A stretch of DNA of 64,000 nt, taken from contig MU055753.1 of the NCBI GenBank assembly GCA_013239625.1, positions 2,472,702 through 2,536,701 of the forward strand, written 5' to 3'. Positions 13,052-24,920 of the stretch are shown here, one piece after another; position 1 is the stretch's first letter, and every line of letters starts with the position of its first letter. The notes under the pieces were generated by a model. That model was not told the DNA's origin. It saw nothing but the letters and a program-made list of their open reading frames with translations, and ran no database searches. This DNA is from Lama guanicoe (taxonomy: Eukaryota). A program made the position numbers and the translations under genes.

Positions 13052-14116
13052 ATGGCGGAAGCGGAGGCCGGCGGCGACGACGCCCGCTGCGTGCGGCTGA
13101 GCGCCGAGCGGGCCCAGGTGCTGCTGGCCGACGTGGACACGGTGCTGTTCGACTGCGACGGCGTGCTGTGGCGCGGTGAGACAGCAGTGCCCGGCGCGCC
13201 CGAGGCCCTGACGGCGCTGCGGGCCCGCGGCAAGCGCCTCGGCTTCATCACCAACAATAGCAGCAAGACCCGCGAGGCCTACGCCGAGAAACTGCGGCGC
13301 CTGGGCTTCGGCGGCCCGGCGGGGCCTGGAGCCAGCAGCGAAATCTTCGGCACGGCCTACTGCACCGCGCTCTACCTGCGCCAGCGCCTAGCCGGCCCGC
13401 CGGCCCCCAAGGCCTACGTGCTGGGCAGCGCGGCCCTGGCCGCGGAGCTGGAGGCCGTGGGCGTCACCTGCGTGGGCGTGGGGCCCGAGCCTCTGCAGGG
13501 CGACTCCCCCAGCGCCTGGCTGGACGCACCGCTCGAGCCCGATGTGCGCGCCGTGGTGGTGGGATTCGACCCGCACTTCAGCTACATGAAGCTCACCAAG
13601 GCCGTGCGCTACCTGCAGCAGCCCAGCTGCCTGCTCGTGGGCACCAACATGGACAACCGGCTCCCACTGGAGAACGGCCGCTTCATCGCGGGTCCGTGCG
13701 CCCTGGGGGCGGAAGGCTGGAGGGCGGGCGGCCAGCCCCTCCCGTCCTCTGACCCCGGGCACTCTCCTCCCCTCCCTCTCCGCCTCGCAGGTACGGGCTG
13801 TCTGGTCCGAGCCGTGGAGATGGCCGCCCAGCGCCAAGCCGACATCATAGGGAAGCCCAGCCGCTTCATCTTCGACTGCGTGTCCCAGGAATATGGCATC
13901 AACCCGGAGCGCACCGTCATGGTGGGTGATCGCTTGGACACAGACATCCTCCTGGGCGTCACCTGTGGTCTGAAGACCATCCTGACCCTCACTGGGGTCT
14001 CCACTCTAGGGGATGTGAAGAGTAATCAGGAAAGCGACTGCATGTCTAAGAAGAAAATGGTCCCTGACTTCTATGTTGACAGCATAGCCGACCTTTTGCC
14101 TGCCCTTCAAGGTTAA
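13052..14116 (+). CDS. PGP: Phosphoglycolate / glycerol-3-phosphate phosphatase (HAD family), 321 aa, 2 exons
   Basis: Exons 13052-13691 (640 nt) and 13791-14116 (326 nt). HAD motifs DCDGV, ITNN, IIGKP, GDRLDTD. Starts [16 protein letters not shown]. Confidence 0.97.
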   Translation: MAEAEAGGDDARCVRLSAERAQVLLADVDTVLFDCDGVLWRGETAVPGAPEALTALRARGKRLGFITNNSSKTREAYAEKLRRLGFGGPAGPGASSEIFGTAYCTALYLRQRLAGPPAPKAYVLGSAALAAELEAVGVTCVGVGPEPLQGDSPSAWLDAPLEPDVRAVVVGFDPHFSYMKLTKAVRYLQQPSCLLVGTNMDNRLPLENGRFIAGPCALGAEGWRAGGQPLPSSDPGHSPPLPLRLAGTGCLVRAVEMAAQRQADIIGKPSRFIFDCVSQEYGINPERTVMVGDRLDTDILLGVTCGLKTILTLTGVSTLGDVKSNQESDCMSKKKMVPDFYVDSIADLLPALQG

Positions 14117-14140
14117 AGATTTAGTGTCTTTAATCTCCAG

Positions 14141-14146
14141 AATAAA
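14141..14146 (+). terminator. proximal PGP poly(A) signal
   Basis: AATAAA 25 nt after the stop; further candidates AATAAA 15546 and ATTAAA 15846. Confidence 0.55.
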
Positions 14147-16910
14147 AAAAAAATTTGAAAATCACTTACCCAAATTAATAGGTGGGACATAAGCATCACT
14201 CAGCTAGGTGGCTTCAAAGAGTATACTTGGAGTTAAGCAAAGGCACTAGTTGTTAACCTTGTAAGTGTTTGGGGGGCGATTTTGTTTACAAATGCTTATA
14301 TTTTAAGATGCACTTTTAAGCTTGAAGGGCATTGTGGGGGTCCTGGGCCTTAGGTGCCACTTGGCCTTGACCTTGGGTTTAGCCTATGTCCAGGATTCTT
14401 ATAATCTCAGGGCCTGCTGATGGGACTGAGGTGGGTCTAGGAGTATCATGTATTTTATTGAAAATTTCAGGAATTAAAGGGAAGGAGGGGCTGATTATTT
14501 TGACTCTTGTGAGAAACTTGTACAGCCCGACCCAGGGCCCCATCTGTGTGGTCATCAGCAGGGGAGCCTGCTGCCTGTCAGCTCACCTGCAGGGTGGGAG
14601 TGGGGGAGAGGGCTGCTCCCAGGTGGTGTCTCCCTGTCCATGCGGTATGGGGTGCTGCTCTTACCACCACCATACCACACTTCCTTAAAAACCACTCTGA
14701 TGTCACAATTGAGTATCTGTTCCGTTTCAGATACCCAAGGCTGGCACTCCTCATACGGTTGTGCAGTTCTGTAAACTCAGTCCAGCTAAACCTTGGCTTT
14801 CTCAAATGTGCACAGACACACAGGGGATGTGGACTGAGCATATTGTTGGCTGAGCAGCCAAGAGGGCATGAATGCCTTCGTTGAACTCTGGGCTGCTGCA
14901 GGTAGCTCAGAGCAGTGTTGGTATAAGAAAAAAAAATTTTTTTTAACTTCTGAACAACTTTGTCAAGTGGCGAGATTAAATCATAAGTGTGTTGATTAAT
15001 AGCTGTGCTCTGCCTCATAGGGAAAATCCCACTGAAGAAGTCTCCATGCCCCGCAGCCAGCAGTACAGCTAAAGGCATGTGCTGGCCAAGGAAATGCCTG
15101 TTAACCAAGGCTCCCTCTGGGTGGAGGGAGGAAAGAAGTGTCCCTCAAAACAGGAAGTCCTTTTACAAAGCATCCAACCTCTCTTCCTGTCTTCCTATTC
15201 TCTTGGTTGGGGTGGGTATTACATGCCAGTAGTCTGTGAGGCCACATGTCTTGGCCCTAAAGTCCCTTGTCAGTGGCCAGCTGGAGGAATGGCAGGCTCC
15301 ACCAGCTAGCCAAGGGTTCTTGGCACAGGTCTGTGGCCTTTTCTGCCTGTTCTGAGTTGCTGACCTTTGAGAATAGGCCTGACATGCAGATTCTCCGGCA
15401 GCACTTGTAGGGTAGGGCCTGGGAAGCTGTTCCTTTTGGCCGACTTCTTCCTGGCGCCTCACCCTGCACCCAGTGTTATCTGCCCACAGCCTGTGGCTTC
15501 TCTTCCAGCCCCACAGTCACAGTGTTCCTTCAGAGTTCTCAGAGCAATAAAGGATGTCCTGAGCCTTCAGCTCCTCCCAGGTGTCGGTATCTGGTGTCCT
15601 GACTCCACTGCAGGCAGCGCGAGGGCAGCTGGCGCCTGTGAGGCTGGTGGTGCTGACGTTGGCTCTGCGAGGTCGGCTCAAGGTGGGTCTGGATATTGAG
15701 CAGGCCTGTCAGGGCGTTGTCACCCACACCAGGAGCACGCGGCAGGTGCAGCAGCCAGTGACACCTCTTCTGCTGGGCAGCAGCCTCGGGGGGCCCTGTG
15801 CACCCTTGTCTCCACCCCTGTTGCACTGTGTGAACCCAAAGGTGTATTAAACTCTCAGACGCGCGCTGACTCTGGTGTTCCTTTCTTTCACCTGGACAGC
15901 AGCCTCTGCACAAATGGTGCAGCTGTCTTGCCGCGGGCGGGGGTGGGGGTGGGAGGGTTACACTCAGTAGAAGGCCATTCTGGGATTCCAATTCCAGAGT
16001 TGGGGTGCTGACCACAGCAACTCCACCCCATCTCAGGCCCACTGCGGAGAGGCAGACTCTGAAGAATCAGGAAGAAGGCACAAAAAACCAGAGTAGGAGA
16101 GGGTCACAGGGGGAAGCTGGTGGAGGACATGCAGGTCCTAAGAGCAGCCAGTTCCAGGGCGGGGACCAAATGTTGGAATCCACAGCATCAAGCAGCTGTA
16201 AATGCCTGGCACCGTTCAGTTACAAAAAGCCACACTCGGGAGGGCAGGGGCTGATGGACTGGAGGCTGACCTAACCATGCTGGGCTATGCAGGAGGTTCC
16301 AGTAGGCTGTCCTTACCAGTGGGGCCTCCTGGAAGCCATCCTGGTCTCTAGCGTGCACCTGTGCAATGCCTGTCAGCCCATCCCATGTTGGGAGCTGGGA
16401 AACAACCAGGATGCCCAGAGGGGAAAGGGATGCGGCACAGAGTCCCAGATGAGTCATTCACTAAACAGGCACTTGTGGATGGTTCACTATATGCCAGGCC
16501 CCGTGCCCAGTCCTGGAAATGCAATGGTCACCCGAGAGACTAGAAAAAGGCTTCTTGAAGAAAAAGTAAATCTCTCCTCAACAAGGCTTTCTAATGTCAT
16601 CTTGGCCAGGCCTGCACTGCCCTCCATGCCAGCCATGGACTTGACTGCCACATGGCCATGCATTCATTGCCCTACCAGATCCCTGTGCACAGGCCAGGTG
16701 TTGGGAGAGCCAGGCACAGAGACAAGCAGCCCTCCCCAGGTGCCCTGTCTCTGACCTGAATATCAGGTAGCTGGGCTGGGGAGGAGGCAGTGGGGTCAGG
16801 AGGGGAGGGGGCCAGGACAATTGTTTGGCTCATCAAAGGCATCCTGAGGTTTCCCCAGGCTGACTCCAAGGGGCAGCAGACAATCAGCGCATTGTCACCA
16901 GGGCTGCAGC

Positions 16911-18365
<1,455 letters not shown>

Positions 18366-18449
18366 GCCCCCGGCCTGGACCGGCCCCACAGGCCAGCCAG
18401 CTGGCCGGCCCTGTCACCAGTCTCGTGGAGGGCGACTGCTGGCGGAGCT

Positions 18450-18455
18450 AATAAA
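18450..18455 (+). terminator. BRICD5 poly(A) signal
   Basis: First AATAAA after the stop. Confidence 0.7.
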
Positions 18456-18842
18456 CCACTCCACCTGGCCATGATGGTATATTCTGTGGCCTCAGGACAC
18501 GGAACAGGAACAGGGAGGGAAAGGGGTAGGTGCTGGCCTGGGGGTGGGCGGACCCCTCTCAGTTGCTCCAGGCTCTGTGGGTCCAGAATTTCCAAAGGGA
18601 ATGCAGGCTGGGTAGGGTAGGATCCTGAGCTCTGTCACATCCAGATTAAGCAACTGGGGCTGAGAGAGTCCCATAGTGGACTGGCATGGCCAGTCTAGTC
18701 TGGCCAAGGGAGCCAGGGTAGGTCAGCCAGCTGGGGATGGTAGAGGCCAGCCCATAGGGTTTCACTCTGACCTGGGCAGCTGAACACAGACAACCAGCTG
18801 GTGCCACCTGGACGGCTGCCTACAATCCCAAGGTGACACAGG

Positions 18843-21801
18843 CTAGCCCAGCACGCTGTCGTTGAAGGCCAAGCAGACGACAGCTTTCTGGTGGCCTCCA
18901 TACTCTCTCTTGATCTCTCCCGTCTCCACGCACCAGAGTCGGGCCAGATTGTCGGAGGAAGCTGCAGGGAGGGAGAGTGGGGGCTCAGGGTGCAGCCCCA
19001 GGCCAGGCCAGCTCCCAAGCAGCCAAGCAGCAGTGTCTGAGCCAGCAGGGGTGGGGAGGCAGGGTGGGCGGGGCTTACCGGTGACTATATACTGGGAGTC
19101 CCCTGAGAAGGCACAGCCCCACATCCAGCCTCGGGACGACTCTCCAGGGTTGCTGCTCTTGATGCTCAGTTCCGTCATCAGGGAGAAGTTGGACGTCCTC
19201 CAAATCTTGCACGTCTGGTCAGCCGAGCAGGTGGCAAGGAGCCTGGGCGTGGGTGTGAGCATGACAGGGATGTCCTCAACAGCCACTCCCATCATGCACC
19301 CCCTTGACATCCACCACGCAGGCCCCAACACATCAGGCTCCTAGCCCTAGGCATGTCCCTTCCTCCCTGCAGTCATCCGAGGGCTCCCAGCCCCCCAGGC
19401 CCTGCACGCACGTGGAGTCTGGGCTGAAGCGGCACTGCAGGGCATAGCGAGTGTGCGCTGGGATCTTGGTCTTGGGGATGAGCTGTGTTACCTCGTCGCC
19501 AATGCCCCCGGTCAAATTCCAGACATAGCAGTTCCCCTGTGGGGTTGGAGGGAAATCACAGGAGGCCTGGAACCTCCAGTCTGACACTTGGGGAAGGACA
19601 CCCCAGCGGTAAGACCCAGATCCAGGGGCTTCCATCCAACGCTGTGGATCTAGGGGCAGAGGACCTATGATAGGCACATCTGGTCCCGCCTGCAGGGAGC
19701 AACTGGGAGACCTGGCCCCAACCACAGGCCATTCCTGGTGGGCTGAGAGCAGAAGGCCATGCCTGACCTTCCTGAAGGATACTGCTGGTCAACAGGATGT
19801 GAAGAACAAGATGGGTGGAGGGCACCAGATAAGAGGGAACAGCAGGAAAAGGGCTTGGAAGTGGCCAGTCTGGGGAGGTTGTGGGACAAGTGATCACTGA
19901 GATTTAATGGACACTAAAGGGAGGAAATGAGGCTGAACAGGAGTCCTGGGGTCAAACCACAGTGTCCAGAGGCCCTGGTAAGGAGCCTGGGGCATCTGGG
20001 AGTTAACGCAGGGGGAGGATACAATCCTCAGACTAGTACTACTGAACGATGTTCTGGTAGCAGAGGGAGAATGGATTAGGGGCAGGGGAAGGTCATAAAG
20101 GAGGGAAGGAAGCCAGAGAGGCTGCAACTGCTGTCGGGAGAGACAAAGGAAACTTGGATCAGGAGGAGAAAGGGAGACGGACAGACTTGTGAGATTCTGG
20201 AGATGGAAGTGACTGGACTGCTGGATGGGCTATGGCAGGTAGTAAGTGGTGGCATCAGGAGTGACACTCAAGTTTCTGGCTTTGGTGGCTGGGTCAGAGG
20301 TAGAGCCCAGGACAGGGAAGTAGGATTGTGGGGGGAGGGGAGGGGCCAGAGGGACTTCAGGGGAATAAGCCCACCTTCAGGAAACAAGACAGATAAGGAG
20401 CTGGGTGCTGAGCTGCCCCCACTACCCCTCCTTCCCCCATCTAGGACTCACTGTGCTATTGACCGCTGCCATGTAGCTGGCATCGGGGTCGATGTGGGCA
20501 GATGTGATAGAGACCTCAGGCTCCGGGATCAGCTGCTCGTTGTGGTCAGTTTTCAAGTCCCAGATGTGGATGGCACCGCTCTGGTCACCCACGATGAGTT
20601 CTGCCTGAGGTGCAGGGGAGGTGAGGAAGAGCAGGATCCTTGCCCTCCAGAGCTCCAGCATGCCCACCCCAGTGTGTACCCCTCACCTGGTTGGGGTGCA
20701 GACATACGCAGTTAATGGGTGCATTCACCTGGAAGATCCGCTGACACTGCAGGTTCCGGGACCTTCGAGGTGCAGGACATACTCCATGTGTAGTGGATGC
20801 TGTTGGTGCCCCCCCAGGTGCCCCTTCCCTGGCCATTTAGCCTTGTCCCTCTATGATGGGAGCTGTCTTATCTCATGGGAGGTTCAGCTCTCCCCAGGGG
20901 CAGCCTGAAGACAATGACTGACTCAGAAGGGGCATAAAGGGTGGCCCCTTGCCTTAAGGCAGGACTTGCTCTTTGATGTAGTTCATCTCAGAGCTCTCTG
21001 TGGGATCAGGCTGAGGCTATAGTCATCTTTGTGTGTCTTCATCCCTGCCCAATCCTGCTTTCCTCTGCTACCCTCAATAAATCACCTGCACAGAAAACCC
21101 CGTCTCAGCCTCTGCTTGATGGGGACCTGACCTAACACAGTCTCTCGGCCTGGCCCTCACCTCACACACCTGGCAGCAGGCCCCTTCTGCCCAGCACCCC
21201 ACACCTGAGGTCCCAGATCCGGGCTGTGCAGTCCTCCCCACCCGTGTACATCCAGCGGCCGTCCTCGTGGAAGCCCACAGATGCGATGTTCTTGTTGACC
21301 CCGTCGTAGCTGATGATAGGGTTGGGGTTGTTGGAGTTGAGATCATACATACGAATGTGCTGGTAACCTAGGGGCACAGGCCGAACTGGAGTTTGGGTGT
21401 GCCTAGATCAACCTATCAGAAATAAGGGGTTAGGGTCGAAGGTATAGGTACCTGCAGCAGCGATCATGCTGCGGTCTGGTGTGATTTCCAGCGCATTCAC
21501 TTGCTGAGTCTGTTAAGGAGGATGAACAAAGCCCTGGGGCCAGGGACCCTTGAAGTCTCCACCATCTGGCTCAGCTGCTGCATCCTTCCCACCCCAGGCC
21601 TTTGCCCAAGCTGTTATCCCCACCAGACATCCTGCCCAGCACCACCATCCCCATCTCCCCAGCGGAGGATACAGAGTCCTGATGCTGCACCGTTCGGGTA
21701 CAGATCCCGCTATGGGCCTGCCAGAACCGCACCGTGTGGTCATAGCCGGCAGTGGCCAAGATGACCGGGTCACTGCCCACCGTGCCTGGAGACGTGTTCA
21801 T
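18843..21801 (-). CDS. MLST8: MTOR-associated protein LST8 homolog (WD40), 326 aa, 8 coding exons
   Basis: Exons 21673-21801, 21452-21503, 21205-21367, 20687-20762, 20452-20604, 19412-19536, 19079-19242, 18843-18961; sum 981 nt. [27 protein letters not shown]...[16 protein letters not shown]. Confidence 0.97.
20000..20295. mobile_element. L2 fragment in MLST8 intron
   Basis: L2-like text (gagattctggagatggaagtgactggactgctggatgg...gtgacactcaagtttctggctt); by eye. Confidence 0.5.
21504..21672 (-). other. U12-type (minor spliceosome) GT-AG intron of MLST8
   Basis: 5'ss GTATCCTC; branch TCCTTAAC (21512-21519); no polypyrimidine tract; AG closes the intron 8 nt after the branch motif. Confidence 0.88.
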
Positions 21802-21999
21802 GGTGTAGGTGCTTGAAAGACTCGGGCCTACACAGAGCCCGAGGTCCGACCGGCAGGAGTCAAAGATTAGAGCATCTGAAGGAGAGAAAAGAGTATTTAG
21901 GGAATACCCTGTATGTCCTAAATAGACTACAACAGATTACTCGGTGCGGAAAAACATAATCATTCTCATTTCAGATATAGGGAAACTGAGGCTAAGAGA

Positions 22000-22730
22000 C
22001 GGGACACGCGTGACAGCTCTGAGCATCTAAGTGCGCGCTCCGTTCCCCGCCCCACGAAGCCAGCCCGGAACGCCATCCTACTCGCGACCGGTAGGGGGCA
22101 GTCACGTCCAAGGCGCCGCTCTGCCGCAGGGGCGGGCCGTGCGTACGCAGGGCGGCAGACGGGCCGGAGAGGAAAGCCTGAACGCCGCGGTTGCGCATGC
22201 GTAACAGGCCGGTGGCGGGACCTGATGGGAGGGGGCGCTCTCTGGCTGGGCCTTCTAGCTCCCTGGTGCCCGGCCGATCGCCCTGACTCCGTCCCGCTGG
22301 ACCAGCTTCCCCCGGGCGCGCTCTCCTGGCCACTGGAAGCTGCTTCCCAGCCCCCGTCCCACGCCCTCCGTACCTTACACGCGGCTCTGCGCTCCGCCGC
22401 GGCCCAGGACGGCAAGCGAAGCCGGAACGAGTCGATAGAGGCCGCGACCGAGCGTAGAGTTATCGATGGGCCATTAGGGCGACACCACGGGACGTATAAG
22501 AGGGGGGACGGGACGAGACTACAATTCTGGTAGTCTCCCAGGAAAAACCAGTACAGTCCTCTGGGCTACCTGTTGGCGCGAGATGGACGAAAGCAGCGAC
22601 CACAGCCTTCTCCGCACTCGGGCACCCCGCCCTTCTGAGACAGCTACCCATTTTCCAGGCTTGCGTATCAAGGCGGGGTGGTGCCATCCCTTTCTTCCCA
22701 TCTATCCCCTGATCCCCACTCCGCGCTAGG
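22000..22730 (-). promoter_or_regulatory. MLST8 CpG-island promoter / non-coding exon 1
   Basis: CpG-rich; NRF1-like TGCGCATGCG at 22192-22201; ZNF143-associated ACTACAATTC at 22518; exon 2 acceptor TTTTCTCTCCTTCAG ends at 21876. Confidence 0.75.
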
Positions 22731-23115
22731 ATCCCCAGGTAAATTAAAGGACACCCAGTTATATTTGAATTCAGATAAGCAACAAATATTTTTAAACATT
22801 TTTTATTGATTTATAATCATTTTACAATGTTGTGTCAAATTCCAGTGTAAAGCACAATTTTTCAGTTATACATGAACATATATATATTCATTGTCACATT
22901 TTTTTCTCTGTGAGCTACCATAAGATTTTGTATATATTTCCCTGTGCTATACAGTATAATCTTGTTTATCTAGATAAGCAACAAGTTTTTTTTCCTTAAG
23001 TATATCTCAAATATTGCATGGGATATACTTGTACTAAAAAGTTCTTCATTGGCTATGTAAAATTCAAATGTGGGTAAGTGCCATGAAATTTTATTTGCTA
23101 GATCAAGCAACCCTA
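22727..23115. mobile_element. MER53-like palindromic hAT MITE interrupted by an L1 3' end
   Basis: acacccagttatatttgaattcagataagcaac...atattgcatgggatatacttgtactaaaaa...aattcaaat...ttttatttgctagatcaagcaaccct. Confidence 0.7.
22786..22971 (-). mobile_element. young 5'-truncated L1 3' end with 13-bp target-site duplication
   Basis: TSD AGATAAGCAACAA at 22773-22785 and 22972-22984; L1 3'UTR text tttacaatgttgtgtcaaattcc...ttccctgtgctatacag. Confidence 0.75.
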
Positions 23116-24344
23116 GTCCCGTCCCTTTCAGGCCTGTCCAGCCCCAGGATGACCCTCCAGTACCCTCACTAATCACAGTGACCCCTCCAAAACTGGGGTC
23201 CCTCATGCCTTCTTTTTCATTCTAGCCCTCCTACACTCTATGTACGTGGCCTCACCCTCTTTCACAGGAAAAGAGAGTCCTTGAGACTGGCTCTCCCACG
23301 GTTTACTCCCAGCAGGCTTACAAATGCAGCTGCACCCTCCTTCCTTCTTCTGGCCCTTTGACCAAGGCCATGTCCCCTGCCCATCCGCCCAGGCCCTGGG
23401 TCCTGGGAATCTTCCTTCCTGTACCTTCCCCAGCTCCCCTCTTTCCTTCCCCTCAGCCTTTAAGCACCACGAAACAACCCCAAATTAATTCCTTCCACCC
23501 CACACTCTCAAAGAGCCATTCTCACTTCTCACTCACTGCCTGACCCAGTGTCATGTCTTTGACCCCCAGCTCTCCAATGAAAATTTCACAAGGTCACTAG
23601 TCATCTCACACCACCAAACACAGTAGATACTTTTTCTTCTGCATCTTGTCACGTCTGTCTGCACAGTGGTTGACAGCACTGTTCCTAAAAAGCTGTCACC
23701 GTCACCCACCTTCTTGCAGTCTCTTTCTCTGCCCCTAAAGGCTGGTAGCCTCCAGAGTTCCTATCTCCACACTCTCTCTGAGGGTTCTTGCCCACCCTCT
23801 GGGGCTTTCAGTACCATCTCTACCCTGGGGCCTTTCCACCCTGTCTCCAGCTCACATCCAGCTCCGTGTTCGACTTTGTCTGTGGACACTTCCACTTTCC
23901 ATGGCCAAGACCACTCATCATGGACCCACTCCAAAAGGCCTCCCCTTCTGTGTTTAGTGCCCACCGGTGTGTGACAGCTAGGCAGGATCCAGTGGGTCAC
24001 TGTCCCCCTCCCAGAACAGTCCCCCACACCCACTCCTGCCCACTCCAAGCTGTCCTCATTACAGAGGTCTTCTGAAAACCTAAGTCTGAGCCCTGTTAGC
24101 AGCCTGAAGGGGTCCCCGTCCCCGTCTGGACTCCCAGGCCCCGCAGCTCCCTCCTCTGTGTTCCACAAGCCATGTGCTCCATGAAGCCAGAGTGAATTCC
24201 TCACACCCTTGTCTTTGAACCCTTGTCCACGGTTAGGATGCTCCACTTCTACCTCCTCACCTGCTGAACTCCTAGTGATTTAAGCACCTTGCATAGCATT
24301 TTGAAGAGTTATTCTGTACGGGGTGTTATACTGGGTGTTTTGTT

Positions 24345-24920
24345 GTAATTGAGGTGAAATTCACATAACATGAAAGTAACCATTTTTAAGTAAACAATTC
24401 GGTGGCACTTAGTACTTTCAAGATGTTGTACAACCACTGCTTCTGTCTAGTTCCAGAACATTTCAGTTATCCCAAGAGAAACCCCCACCACTGCCCCTTA
24501 AGTACTCACTCCCCATTTCCCCATCCCTCCTACCCTCAGCTCCTGGAAATCAGTAATCTTTCTGTCTTTGTGGATTTACCTATTCTGGATATTTCACTGT
24601 ATCTGGCGTCCTTCATTGGGCATAATGTTTTTGAGGTTTATCCAGGTAGCTTGTGTCAATGCTTCATTACTTTTTATGGGCTGAATAATATTCCATTGTG
24701 TGGATGGACCACATTTTATTTATCCATTCATCCATTTGTTGATGGACACTTGAGTTGTTTCCCCTTTTGGCTATTACAAATACTGCTATAATGAAATTTT
24801 CTGTACAAATTTTCTGACCTTTCTGAGTACTCATTTCAATTTTTCTTGGATATATACTAGGAGTAGAATTGCTGTGCCATGTGGTAATTCCATGTTTAAC
24901 TTTTTGAGGAACTGCCAAAT
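24345..24920 (-). mobile_element. L1M(B/C)-type 3' fragment
   Basis: gaggtgaaattcacataacatg...tatccattcatccatttgttgatggacacttgagttgtttcc...ctaggagtagaattgctg...gaggaactgccaaa. Confidence 0.8.

Noticed and set aside
16317-16358. Minus-strand 42-nt segment between AG and GTAAGG reading VHARDQDGFQEAPL, ankyrin-turn-like; possible relic gene between PGP and BRICD5
   Set aside because: Weak pyrimidine tract; the nearest acceptor leaves a 46-nt intron; neighbouring frames give no ankyrin continuation.
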